The notes beneath the pieces are model-generated. The model saw nothing but the letters and a program-made list of their open reading frames with translations, did no database searches and was not told where the DNA came from. A program made the translations under genes and the position numbers. Of a stretch of DNA of 64,000 nucleotides, positions 38,075 to 51,520 are shown piece by piece (the stretch's first letter is position 1; each line of letters opens with the position of its first letter). The DNA comes from Tubiluchus corallicola (lineage: Eukaryota; Animalia; Priapulida): positions 186,001-250,000 of the forward strand of contig JAQGDQ010000049.1 in assembly GCA_030141605.1 (NCBI GenBank), written 5' to 3'.

Positions 38075-40779
38075 TTTTCCTCATATCCGTTACCTCTTTG
38101 AATTTGTCTACTCAAAATACTAACGGCAAGCAAAGGTCTCGGCATCGATGAGACGATAAAAACTGATTGATAGTTTGTTTAATAATACTGCGCCGTTTTT
38201 TGTTAAATAAACATTATTACAGAGGACTTTACCCAATTATGCATAACTGAGTGGGTAGACAGTAATAAACTGCGTGCAATAAAATTAGTGTAGCATAACG
38301 AATTCATTTTGTACAGCATTGCATATTCTTAAGACATGCATTCTATTACTTAGGTGCAAATATTATTCATCAGCTCCCATCACAAATGAAAGTTTTTGGC
38401 GAATTAGCATTTCAAAAATATGTGATCAAGTAAAAAACGACTTAAGACATTTAAATAAATTGGGCAGCAATAAGATAATTTTTTACAACTTAAAAATTTA
38501 CGTTGGCATCATTTCCATTCTAAAATATTTAATCATCAGCATTGCTTTCTCGGGTGTTCTTTGTTTCAAAATTCACGCATTAGTATTATCACCCACTTTC
38601 AGCTCGTACTCATAATGACGTTAATATGTTGCTGTTCAGTAATCTGTCTTACCCAGTAGTACTTAATAATGACCAAAAAGTCATTTAATAATTATAAAAA
38701 AATGAATATAATAATGACATTTATCATTAATAATAATAATGATAAAATAATGATATCGTTTTATCTGCTATTCAATTCATTATTCAAAGCAAACGTTTCA
38801 CATGATTATGCTTATTTTTGAGACTGTAGGGTGAGCCACATTTCTAGTGAAACGGCGACAGAAAAGGATTAAAAGAAGCAACGAGAGATCTTATTGAATC
38901 TCTTCTGACGTTGAAAGGATATCAAAACTCTTCACATTTACTGAAGTGTTGGGGTCTCGTTTTTCTTTCTGGTAGACAAGGCTGGGGAGGACACGGCGCG
39001 TTCTCAACAGACGACAAGCATGAGTCATTCTGATTCAGGCCTTTTTATTAACTCAAGATTGCATACATAGAAAACGGTAACCCAGGACTCAACCTTATGT
39101 GTGGCTACAACTGAATTTAAAATGTGGAGGGATCGAAAACTAGCTAAACAGAGTAGTCCTTTAAAAAGAGACACTGAAGAAGTAAAGCAGTACTGTTCCT
39201 CCTTGAACGACAGAAGAAGTAAATGGTAGTATTGTAGATGAAATTGCCGAATGCAGTTTACACAAAAAATGTCCATTCATTTACTAACCAAGCCTACTGC
39301 TGCTTTATCTGCAGTCTTTCGACAAATTTCTGTCGCGTGCTACATCATACATGCTGGTGCATGTCTTACAGATTAAATTTTGTGTTGCTGAGATCTTTAA
39401 CTATTACATCTATGTAAGTTAAGACAAGCAGGAGCCTCTTTAGTTGCCAAGTTTCAATAATTCTAGTAGGAATTTTCTGAAACAATGTCATGTTCTAGGA
39501 CTTCTGTCCACGGATGTCGTCTCTTTGTGACAGCTTTGCCCATGCTTTTCTGCCGGTTTTTAGTACAAATTTTTATTAGAGATTATGTTTCGCCAATTGA
39601 TGTGACCACCTAGTTTCTGTGTATTCAACTTCTCTAGCGTTACATTTGTCCAAACTTCTTGAGTTATAATAGGGAATACTGATTCAACATAAAATAATTA
39701 ATATTTAATGGGTTATTTATACTCATTAGTTTCTGACAGATATTGATATAGTTTTAAATATATTTGAAATTTTGTGCTTTTGCTGTAAATTGTGAGGCTA
39801 AATTGAATCTGAAAATAGTTTTCTGGCATTTTAGTTGCAGTATTAATCTAATATTGTGTTTTAAAAGCGTAAGGCAAATTTAATACAAAATTAAAGCAGC
39901 CGCTAATGCTAAATGTTCTGGATTAATTATTACAGCCATAGTTTGACGATTTGTTTATCAAAAGTAAGGTCTCCGTGCGATGTGTATTCGGTCATTGAGA
40001 CAGCAATCCCTAACAGCGAAAAACAGAAACAGAATATCCTAATTTTCGAGTAATTTTGCAATGTAATTGTAAGCCGTATTCCTGCGGCGCTGGCATAACA
40101 TGCCTGGTATATAGTGCTATAGATAACAATAGCGTCGGCATAACGTGGGCTACTTTTCGCCATTTTGTCAATTATTCGGTCACTAACACTAATTTCGCTA
40201 TGAGAGCAACAGTAAAAAGGTATGAACGTATATAAACATGCATTTATGTCCAGAAAAAACAGTTTTATTGAAAATACTCATTAATATGCTAGTAACGTTA
40301 ACTACTTCTGTTTTAGTGTTATTATAGCTTACAAGAAATTTTTGGCAAAGAATACCACGGATAAGAGCCAGTGGGAAGAAACTAGGGTTTTAAGTAGCCG
40401 TTCGGCATCTGGTAACAAACGTGGTAAAAACATGAAAAGAAACAGCAAACGGGTAATATGATCAAATATGATATAAGTGCTACAATATATACTATAAGTA
40501 GGAATAATGAACTCAAGTCCTGAAAGCATCTTCCATAATTATATACAGCGAAAAAAGAAGCTTAACGTAATAAATGCAGCAAGAGACTATTATTATTGTT
40601 GTTGTTGTTGTCGTCGTCACTGTCGTCATCGTCGTCGCCGTGGTAATTATTATTATTACATTATCATTATCATTGGCTGCAAATGCTACCACACCCGAGG
40701 TTTGTAATGCGTTCAGTTCTCATCGCATTTAAAAGTAATGCGTTCAGTTCTCATTGCATTTTTGCGTCTCCAAAAACCT

Positions 40780-40945
40780 CTGACAGCTTCTGGCCTTTAA
40801 CTGTTTCTATGGATAGGAGGACAGGCGTAGGCGACTCACTAGCATCTCAAAACCACTTGCTCTATCTAAGCAGTTGAGGCTCATCAACCTTGGAAAGTAG
40901 CTCGCCTATGAGAAGGAAAAGTTCAAAATTAAAACCTCTGTTTGC
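40780..40945 (+). mobile_element. Probable RTE-type LINE 5' UTR remnant
   Basis: GGATAGGAGGACAGGCGTAGGCGAC...GGCTCATCAACCTTGG...CTATGAGAAGGAAAAGTTCAAAATTAAAACC resembles RTE 5' ends as I recall them; not database-verified. Confidence 0.4.
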
Positions 40946-41385
40946 ACACGTCTCTACAGTCATCAACGGAAATATATCATTAACAGACAGTAAATTTGCA
41001 AAGACAAACTCATAGTCTGCAAGACTAAAGATGCCGTATCATCGTCATCATCATTGACGAGCAATACACAATTTACAGATTAGATGGTTCGGCCTTGTTA
41101 TGTGAATGATAGTATCACGGATGAGAAATGCGTTGTAGAAAAGGAATCTAAATAACACCAATCGTAAAATTGTGATCAATGATAATAATAATAATAATAA
41201 TAATATACAATTATTAAAAATACAGTTAATAAAAATACAATGTTTCTAATAGTGATGCTATTCGCAGTAATTTTGTAGTTTTTGTACGCTTACTTCAGTT
41301 AGAATCGCTTCATATCTATGATTTGCTCGCAGGATTCTATAAGTTGTGGTGCTTTTACTTTACCGTACAATCTAAATTTAGAAAC

Positions 41386-41403
41386 ATGACGCGAATGACG
41401 TCA
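41386..41403 (+). promoter_or_regulatory. CRE palindrome plus half-site upstream of syntenin
   Basis: TGACG at 41387 and TGACGTCA at 41396-41403, about 210 bp before the ATG in a CpG-richer patch. Confidence 0.45.
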
Positions 41404-41613
41404 GCCTCGTGACCATGACAAATTCTGTGGATCTGCGAGAAGTGTGAATTTGTGCATCCTGTTTTTGTGTTAAGATACTCGTGTATTTGGGAAACGTAAC
41501 AGTGTGAGTTGTAAAGGCTGTAGTTCCGTGCTTCCGCACTACCCCGTCTACCAAATAGCAGGCATTCAAATAATTTAAGTGCAAGGTACAGTAAAGTTAG
41601 TAAAGCCATCAAT

Positions 41614-44600
41614 ATGTCGCGATTATATCCAACTTTAGAAGATATGGCTGTGGATAAAATGCAACAAGCGCAGCAGCAAGTTGCTCAGGCCTACCAAGAA
41701 CAAGCAGCAGCACATGCGCAGACAGCAATTCAGGTATAGTATGATCAGTCATCGATCAGCCACGCTTGGTTTTTCACTTTCACATTATTAGGCTTTACAA
41801 AAGTTTATCACGTTCTATATTTGTAGCTACATTTATTTCTAGTTTTGTCTATAACCTACCTAGTATCATTTTCGTTCTTTTCAGGTTAAACGTGTATGAT
41901 ACACGAGTTTCCGTACTAAGTATCTCACGGAACTAAAACTTAACTTGCCAAAATATTTTCCACCTTTGCCCATTCTTTCGAACATTTGTATTCATTTCAA
42001 ACTGTAACTAATAAATATTGAAAAATAAATTCTAATTCTAACTTCTAATAATTGTATTAATATAGGTTGCAGAACTCATTGATTCGTTTGAGAAATAACG
42101 TTATTATTATCTGTGATTGGTGCATTCAAAAATTTGATTACTGCTTTTATTCTTATTTAGTATCAGCCAGATGGGACGCAAGGTCCACCTGCATATGCAC
42201 CCGTTGCACAGGTTCACCATGCTGCACTCTACCCATCACTGGAGGATTTCATGGGCTTGTGTCTAGCGGATCCCGAGGTTCAGCAATGTCTGAGTACGGT
42301 AACGTCACAACAAGTCGCGATACCTGCATCAGGAACAGTTGCCGTTCCCGATTCTGGAACTGGGGGAATGGTGGCGCCACTGACCAGCCAGACAGGTGCA
42401 TTGGGTCTGAAGCGAGCCGAAGTTACACATGGCATACGTGAAGTCGTACTGTGCAAAGATGCTGAGGGAAAATGTGGACTTAGGGTCAGGTCAATAAATA
42501 AAGGTGTGTTTGTCACACTTGTGCACAAAGGCACACCTGCTGCCATTGCGGGATTGAGATTTGGTGATCAGATTCTTCAGCTGAATGGAGAAAACTGTGC
42601 TGGATGGGATACAGATAAGGCTATGAAAGCATTTAAAAAGGCACAAGGTGATAGAATTGCACTTGCCGTCAGAGACAGGTAACTTTTTTGTAAACGTTTA
42701 GCTATTTTTTGAACTAATTGTTAAATTTTCACGTGCAGTTTACTTCATTAGTGCTTGGAAATACTTTATAAATGGAAGAAAAAAGAAGATGTGTCCCACA
42801 TTTACATGCAAGGCCTTTTTTAATCAATCAGATGTGAAATTAGTGTCTGAGAACTTGTGACCTAGCTCATAGTTTTCTTTTTTGATTTAATATAGGCAGC
42901 TAAAAAGTCAATATACAATTTGATTTCTAATTTTAAATTCTTTAATATCATCAAGCTCTGGCAGGAATTGAAAAGAGTCCTTGGCAGTTCGTTTTGTTAA
43001 TATTTGAACTGGAACCCAGTAACATTAGAAAGGACTGGCAAAATCTCAGTTTAGCAAGAAGGCCTTCGATCGCCAACTCAAGTTCTGCGAAAATTCATAC
43101 CACGCTAATATTTTCTCACTATTAACATTGTAGCTTTTCGAGAAGGTGAACCCTTCCTCACTACTCATGATCTGTTAGGGACTCTCAATGCAAGATGTCT
43201 GGCTTCCATTGATTGTCCTTTGAGGTTCTTTTAACTGAAAGTTTGACAGATTTGACAAAATAGCAAACACAGTACAATCACGTGTTTTCGCTGAGTTTGA
43301 GGAAAGAATAGTGACTTCTGAGATATCCTGTATTGATGCAGTGGTACTTTCATGCAGGATATAAAGATAAAATGCTCTTGTTCCGTGTAAAAGCCCATAA
43401 TATCGACACACACACACAATGAAAAGTACTACGCATGTGCAATAGCTACCACTCCACACACACTTAAAGTATTACCATAACAAAATTATTTACAAATAAA
43501 AAATTTGGCAAAGTATACATATAAGATTAGAGATTTAAAATTAATAGATGTTTTCTGTATATAGCTGATTAATCCAGTATTGATAAATTTTAAATAAAAA
43601 GATACAATCACTGTTAAAAGTTTCATTTATCAAGCTGTTATGACTACTGAAAAGATGCGTCTTTAGACAGTAAATATTTTTCCGTAAAATAACGTAAAAG
43701 TAAGGCAATGTGAGATTAAGACACATGCTTCTGGCAGAGTAAGGTTGTTGAAAAAGCATGCATATTCCTTTATTATAAGCGACATCTATATGTTGCACAT
43801 CTATAATCTGTAATAGTAAAAGTTGTGCCAAAGTGCTGAGCAATAAAAATTTGTACAATGAGACATAATTTAAAGATCGTTTGACCTGGAAGCTACAGTT
43901 GGAGAAAGTACAAATCAGTTTGTTCGATCTGATGTAAAAAAGAGTCTCTCGATATCTTTGTCATGATCTCTTCCCTGATTGTCAATTACATGTCCTAAAT
44001 ACTTTTCGCAGCTGATTTGCTTGAGTAATGTGTTACCCGTGCTCACATCACCTGTTGGTAATTTGCTCTTGCTACTATTTGGCTTAACAGAAAGTACTTT
44101 AGTTTTTTTCACATTGATGCAGATGTCATTGTCTTTTGAAAACTCATTATTATAAATATGGGTAAACTGTTGAAGAGCAGTGCTTGTCGAAGCCAAAAGA
44201 CAAGCATCATCAGTATATAATAGGTGATTAACATCATTCCACCAACTGTGTAACCATGTTTAGAATTAGTAAGTTGTACACTTTAATTTTATAGTAAAGG
44301 CATTCGCATTTATAAACTGTAAATGCATTCAAAATCCATTAAGTAACCCATTGGCTTGATTAATAATGAAGTAGCGCAAGTGTATGCTTAACAATAACCC
44401 CAATAGCTAACTGATCATTCATATAGACTTATTTTAAAACTTGCCTAATAATAAAGTCTCATAATATATGACTTCTGTGTCAAACATAAACAGTTCGTGT
44501 TACAAACTTGATGCATAGCTATGGTATTAATGCATAATTAAAACTTTTTTCTTAAAAGTGCTGTGTTTTCGAACTTGCGTAAACTCTGTGAACAACTAAT

Positions 44601-45067
44601 TTTGTTTTTATTACAAGAAGCAATATTTAAAGATAAGATCTACTAATTATCCTCTACTTTTGCACAGTTTGTCACTTTTTGTCAGTAGAAGTACTTAAGT
44701 TTTTATAATGTGACGAAAGTGTAACTGATCAGGTTTTTTGTATTTTAGACCATTTGAACGGACAATTACGATGCACAAAGATAGCACTGGACACATCGGA
44801 TTTGTCTTTAAGGAAGGGAAAATAACTGCCATTGTGAAGGATTCATCGGCCGCCCGAAACGGAGTCCTCACCGAGCACAACATACTGGAGATCAACGGAC
44901 AGAACTGCGTGGGCATCAAAGATTCAGAAATAACCAAGATTATTGAAGAAGGTGGACGAACCATCACACTGACGATCATGCCTACCTTCCTGTATGATCA
45001 CATGATGAAATGTATGAAAAAGAGTTTAGTTGAAAAGGTCATGGATCATTCCATACCAGACTTGTAG
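41614..45067 (+). CDS. SDCBP: Syntenin (syndecan-binding protein, tandem PDZ), 318 aa; exons 41614-41733, 42161-42678, 44749-45067
   Basis: [12 protein letters not shown]-terminus; [11 protein letters not shown]; PDZ1 ([28 protein letters not shown]...[13 protein letters not shown]); RDR|[18 protein letters not shown]; PDZ2 ([22 protein letters not shown]); C-terminus MDHSIPDL*. Splice sites are canonical and in phase. Confidence 0.96.
43560..44270 (-). mobile_element. Degenerate non-LTR retrotransposon (LINE) reverse transcriptase 3' fragment in syntenin intron 2
   Basis: Minus-strand [21 protein letters not shown]...INVKKTKVL...[10 protein letters not shown] gives the YADD and KYLG motifs. 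A downstream frame HIDVAYNKG...YSARSM...ILRKNIY resembles a LINE ORF2 C-terminus; the fragment is frameshifted. Confidence 0.8.
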
Positions 45068-46156
45068 ATCAGAGATTTTTCAGATATTAGTACTCTCGCA
45101 TTCCAAATAACGGTATAGGCGGGATAATGTGATAGTGTGAAATAGTCACCCAAAAAATAATGGTATGGTGTGGAATAAAAGTATAGGGCGGAGTAGTATT
45201 ATTTACAACGTTGCAGTTAATATTAAATACTAGTACTAGCGTCAAATTGGTTCTGCACATTACACATTCTGTTAGTGGTCACAGTTTCAGTCAGAAAGCG
45301 AACTCTTTCAATTAAATAATGCGCAATATAATAATAAATATAATTATTATAATTAATAAATTTAACATAATAAACATGATGTTAATATAATAGAACTCTC
45401 ATTAATTAATTTCCCATTTCTGTTGCTGATTTTCATTTGTTAAATTTAACTTAGCTCTACTACTGTTCTGCATTTCTACAAAATCAATGAAAAAATTTTC
45501 TCTTTCTCAACTTTTTTAATACATTGGTGCATGTGTCACTCGTTCTCTTCGCTATAAAAAAGTAATGTAGAAGTAGTTCAACACACATGCTGTTAGGCAG
45601 CTTCAACTTAATAATGAAAGGCTAAAAGTGTGCCTGAAAACTACAAACAAACATCACTGTGCCCTCGGTGATTTTATAATCACTTTTTATGTCTTAAATT
45701 TAAACGATTTACTTTCATATCAGCTATTTGAAATTATGTGCAAAATTGGAGGAATGTGTATGATGTATAGGTGTATGTTAGATAACCCAGAAAAATAAAG
45801 TTTTTAATTCAATTAAAGCCAATTAACCAAAATCAAAACTAGCTGTGTATGTATGGTTATTCGGAATGCGAGAGTAAGGCCAATTTTACACATTCGGACA
45901 TTACGCTTTTTAATATTATTATTATTTCACAACTTTTCAGTGTAATTTTTACTCTGCTGCCTATAAACAAGCATTTTGACAGTCTGTTTAAAGTGTCTGT
46001 ACTACGTCATCAGTTTTTCAATATTTGGATTATATAAGTTATTATTAGAAATAAGTGTGATGATAATATTTGAAATTGATGAGCAAGTCTTTTGAACTTA
46101 ACCAAGAATTAAATTACACAGAAACTTACTGTGACTAATAAATAATGATTATAATG

Positions 46157-46338
46157 AAGAACCAGTTTTATGTCCTAAGAACCAGTTTCGTGTCTTAAAA
46201 ACCAGCTTTGTGACTTAAGAACCAGTTGGGGTCTTAAGAACCAATTTCATGTTCCAAGGATTAATTTCATGTCTTAAGAACCAGTTCCGTGTCTTAAAAA
46301 CTAGTTTCATGTCTGAAGAACCAAATTCATGTCCGAAG
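46157..46338. repeat. About 21-bp minisatellite (AAGAACCAGTTTCATGTCTT-like), about 9 copies
   Basis: Direct observation of diverged tandem units. Confidence 0.85.
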
Positions 46339-47897
46339 TGTAAAAAAATATTATGGTAATAACTAGAATGCAACTCATGGTCACAAAACCTTTTGACAAA
46401 TTTTTGACAAATTTAAATATGTTACTTCAGCAATGCCACTTCAATGCATTATGTAAAAAAATTTTAGATTATGACTGGTCATGTTAATTTAATTAATGCT
46501 GATTATTGTTTGTTAATGCAGTAGTGCAGCTAATGAAATTCCGAAATGCAAATGTCAAAGCTTTAGTTGGACCATAATCAGTAGGCTATGGTTTGTATAA
46601 TTTGCTGAAGTGCAAATGGCTTCCCAAGTCTGTGGTTGTTTTATTAATGCAGAAGTAGAAGAATCTTACATTAAAAATTTTGCCACCCTATTCACTTGTA
46701 GTGTTAAAGTTTGAATGATGTTACATGCAATTTATGTGAAGTTTATTTTTATGTATTAAATAATTAATATTACTGTAAATAAGATGTGTATTTTTACTGT
46801 TGTCTTGATTGCAATCTGATGTGTACTAAATAAATACAGTGTTTACTTTTAGAAAACTATATCCCAATTATCATTAATAATTTCTGTCACTTAGAATTGT
46901 TTAAAATCAAATTGTGATATTAGGCACTACTAGTCTACTAGTCAGTCACCTTCTAGTTGGCCATATTTTTTTCACTACACATACTAAATTTTATTCAATG
47001 AAACCAATTTGAAAATAAAATAAAATGTACTTGCATTATAACTGATTTAATCGTTTCATGTATTTGTGGATGCTTGTTATTGATTGCTGTCTGTCTCTAA
47101 TCCCTTAGTTAGGGATTACAATAATTGTACTCTTTTTCGAAACCTATAAAGTTTTTCGTAACTATATAAAATTTGATGTTCAATGTATTATAGTTCAGTT
47201 CGTTTTTTGTTGAGGTACATATTGAAAAAGGAAATTTTATTTTACAGAAATGCTTAAAGACACCATTACTGAATCAAAAACTGATGAGCTGCAATTTTAG
47301 GTACAGCACAATATTGTATCCATTTAGCTTAATAAATGAATCATTTTATTATTAAATCATTATTGTTTTACAATTATTATGTTAAATATTGTTTAACGCA
47401 TTTGCAGTTATATGATCTGAGGCATGAATATTATTTGCTGTATAATTAATTTGCTTGAAAATAAAGAATATAAACTGTAAAAGGTTAAACATTTTCTTTC
47501 TGGACACTTTTATGTGTATTTTTGCGGCCAGATGGCAGCAAATACATGTCTGCGCAGTAAACGTATAGGGTGTCTAGTGTATTAGAATACTATGCTATTC
47601 TCAAATATTTCTCATTTTGTGGTCTCACTGCTCCCTCGGTCCATCGTTCAACACATTATTACTAAAGATTATAAACTCGATATCATTTTTGTCCAGCGTT
47701 GCGTGCGCGCGCTAGATTTTTTCAGATTGCTAAGGAATTACAAAGACAATATTCCGATAAATAGTTAAGAAATGTTAGTGCAGCACAATCTGGCTGCATA
47801 AGCCAAAATGAGGCGTCTAAAACATTGCATTTTTTAAAAACACATTTCTAAACTATTGAAGAAACTTAAACATTTGGCTTAGTAAAGCTACTGGTAA

Positions 47898-48030
47898 TAC
47901 AAACCCACAATTAATTAAATTGTGATACCAAACTTGAAATACAGGAAATGTGAAACATTGGAATGCAACCTAGATTTGAACCAGCGATGCATGGCATATC
48001 GCCATAGACCACTTGGCCACCGTATTCCCC
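47898..48030 (-). mobile_element. tRNA-derived SINE-like element, copy 1
   Basis: Minus strand GGGGAATACGG-TGGCCAAGTGG (A box)...GGTTCAAATCT (B box)...GCATTCC; the body is shared with the copy at 51521-51658. Confidence 0.6.
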
Positions 48031-48513
48031 AGTGACCACGCGTTAGAAGAGCCGTCATTAGAATGCTTTCTAATGATGATGGCGTTAAAAATGAGATAGC
48101 AGTGGAGATGAAGATTATGATTATGACAACAATAATAATAATGGTGCTGATGATGATGATGACCATAATTTCTACATTGCAGATTTTTTTACTACGTACA
48201 GCTAACTGCTGTTGGGGTGGTCAGCTCCCTCCCCCAAATCTTAGGTAAGATTGACCACCAACTCCAATTGCCTCTGCTATCTGAAAAATATGTGACGTAG
48301 CGGCCTGTGTGTCACACAGTTACAACCATTGCACGCTAGAGCATTATATAAAAACAATACCGTGCTAACTAATTACCACCACTTTTCCTCTAATTATAGA
48401 TGAAGGCGATGACAAGCGTACGTAAAAATGACATAATCACACGATGTTGACATCAAACAGACAGCACTTCCAGCTTAATGACTTTTGTTTTTGGCTTCTG
48501 TCTGCTGCCGCGG

Positions 48514-48533
48514 CTAAAAATAGGTCCCAGCTG
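48514..48533 (+). promoter_or_regulatory. Adjacent MEF2 site and E-box (candidate muscle promoter/enhancer)
   Basis: CTAAAAATAG (48514-48523) is a perfect YTA(W)4TAR; CAGCTG at 48528-48533; located in a locally GC-richer island followed by a donor-like site at 48748. Confidence 0.5.
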
Positions 48534-48727
48534 AAGCCTCGTGGTGTGCAATAACATAACTCAAATCGCGTTAGGTTAAGTCACTACTGTGAGCAGATAG
48601 CTTGCGCATGGTTATTTGAGCCAAAGCCAGTTTTGTATAGAAGCTTCTTGCGTTCTTAAAGCAAGTGGACGTGGGCTACTAGGCTGTTGCAAACAGGAGA
48701 AGCAATAATTTGTTTCAAAGGCTTCGC

Positions 48728-49037
48728 TTGCTTAGAAGTACACGCCAGGTATGTTATAAATAACACAATGTGTTGTTTTTAAAAATTCATATTTAAAAAT
48801 GCTCTCTTTTGAATCTAGAAAAATATTCTGCATTATATCGAGTGTTTCAATTAAAAGTCACTCACTATTTTCCAAAAAACAGTGTTGCTTAGAAGTACCC
48901 GCCAGGTATGTTATAAAGAACACAATGTGTTGTTTTTACGAATTCGTATTTTAAAAATGCTCTCTTTTGAATCTAGAAAAATATTCTGCATATTATCGAG
49001 TGTTTAAATTAAAAGCCACTCACTATTTTCCAAAAAA
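48728..49037. repeat. Tandem duplication with 157-bp period that includes a CAG|GTATGT splice-donor-like site
   Basis: TTGCTTAGAAGTAC.CGCCAGGTATGTTATAAA...CTCACTATTTTCCAAAAAA starts at 48728 and again at 48885. Confidence 0.9.
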
Positions 49038-51520
49038 TATTAATAATTAGTAGCAGTTACAACACGAAGCAAGTAACGATTTTGATGGCTTCATACTTGG
49101 CTTCATGTTTACTACAACGACTTTAATTTACACCTGTATATTACGCTCTTTCCTATATGGAGCCATGCATGTAGCGATTTTAAACTTATCTTCTTGAGCC
49201 ACATGATTACAGAAAAAAACAGAAATTCTCAAATATTGAAGAGACGTTTACGACAAGATGAACGCCATTGGTCGATTAGCTGCAGAAAAATTGAAAATCA
49301 AATTTGTGAAGACATTATGAAACATACTAGCGCAATTATAATTATTGCTGAAGTTACGGTTCGCGTCGTGTTTTTTTTTAAATTTTAACGTGATATCGTA
49401 ACAAAGATGTTAAAATTGTTTGTTCTGTGTGTTTTCTTGTTTATTTTATTGTATTTCGCTGCGAGCTGCTGATGTAATTAGTATTTCTGAGCGTGCTTAT
49501 ACAGAGATTTTTAATCAAGCCAGACGTATGAGCTTGGAGTTATAAAAGCCCACGTTCGCTGTATCAGATAGCGCATTTAAAATCTGTCTATGGATAAGTT
49601 TTTGCATCCCTTTGCTGCATTTCTTGTTGCCAGCAGGTAGTCTTCAACGTAATTGGATATCAGAGGTTCGTCTATGTAGATTGAGCCATTTATTTGTTTC
49701 TCCTTTCTGTTCTGCATTTCTCGGTCTTTGCAGCAGTGCTGAGCCATACAAGAGTCAATTTTCTACTGAAAAAACCTTGCTGTCAGCTACATTTTTTCAG
49801 TTACTGTTATTGTGTTAGAAACGAACAAAATTTTAAACTTGTCTATTCACGAGAGGCATCCTTTGTTAACCGATGTTGCCTGCCCACTCACTCCTGTCAT
49901 AAGTGGTGCATGGCAAACTGTAAAATTTTGCATAAGTTAAAACAGCCATCATGTCCGAATAGTTCATCTTCGTCAGTTCACTACATTAGCTTTTTTTAAA
50001 CAGGTAGAGTTGCAAAAGCACAAAATAGTCATTATTTCTTGTACGGCGTATAACTCTAAGGAATTTTAATGATTTCAGTAAGTGTGTCACTGCAGTTAGT
50101 GTACTTCGCTCAACCGACTTAAAACACTTTGCCAGAAATCTGAACTTTAAACAGAGGCTATTTTTACAAACGTTCTAAAAACAAAAGCTCCAGAAACGCC
50201 AGGTTTAGGCCCACTTTGCAGCTCTTTGGGTTACAGCGTTAAATTGAAAAACCAAAACCAAAACGATGAGAAGCTAATGTTACTGTGTTACTGTTGGTTG
50301 TCTGTTTTCCCTTTTTTCCAAGTATTATACATTTTTTTCTAAATACTTAAGCCTACTTTGTCGTTGTCTTAATTTGAGATTATATATTATACTGCGCTTA
50401 TTATTATTACAAATTATTATAGTGAAGTATAATGAATATATTATATAACGAAGTATATTATAATGATTCGTTTTCATATTTTTGCAGTATCGTTTGAAGC
50501 CACAGAAAGAGAATTTATTTATGAATAAATATCTATAATTTCTCAATCACGTGCACAATTCATTCCGAACTGCCTAGACTTGGGGCATATATGCTACTGA
50601 ACGTGCTACTCAACTGACTAATTAGTTAGTAATTGTAATTGTGTTAATTTAATATATTAAATTACTACATTTGATGCTATCATAATTAATTTAGGTTAGG
50701 GTGTAGGTAACATGATTAACGCCCGATTATAAAACACTTCTATTTGTTTATAGAATTTAGAATTTTATTGGTATATACATTACATTAGAATGACATATAT
50801 ACAGCAAAACAACAGCATCTGTTTGTAATAGACAGTAGTTAGTAGTTAGTAGCTAATGCAACTTCTTTTCACAAAGCGCCAAACCATGTACAGGATATCA
50901 CATGTTTGTTAAAAAAGTGATTTATAAATATGATGTCCCTAATTTATATTCAAGTCCATTTATCACGGAAAGTTGACGTGAATATTCACTACACGTGGTT
51001 ACTCAAAGAAGAAATGGCTAGCAAAATTGATGATTTAAGTACTGATCAATATTTGGTCGAAAATTCTACAAAGTTGCACGAAAATATTTATACAAAAATA
51101 CATTTATATAAACGTCAAGTTTCCTGGGAATTAATAAAAGGCTTCTTTCAATTTTACACGTTGTGAAAATCTGGCTTCTAGGTAGTAGATAAAACTTCTC
51201 TCGATGACGTAACACTCTGTTATTAAGGATGTTTATAAACAAGGAAATAACAATTAACGATATAACAAACTACGCCAATGACGTCTAATTTCAGAAGTAG
51301 TTTACGTCACTGTTTAAAATGCTCTTGCATATAAAATTTTCACTCTTATTCAGCCTGACGTATAAACTGTATACACATTTTCTATGAATCACATCAAAAT
51401 AAATAAGATTAAATCTGGTAGAAATATATCTGGCGCTCGTATCATATAAAAAATTGACGATATACTAGCCTGGCTAAGTGTGTAAAAGAGTTAAAGTAAA
51501 TATAAACGCTCAAATGATGG

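Noticed and set aside
47960-48028. Functional tRNA gene
   Set aside because: Anticodon arm is truncated and the flanking body is shared with another diverged copy; better explained as a SINE head.
49950-49980. Minus-strand CTGACGA hammerhead-like core (also CTGATGA at 13233 and 47281)
   Set aside because: No GAAA after a closed stem II, so no intact hammerhead core.
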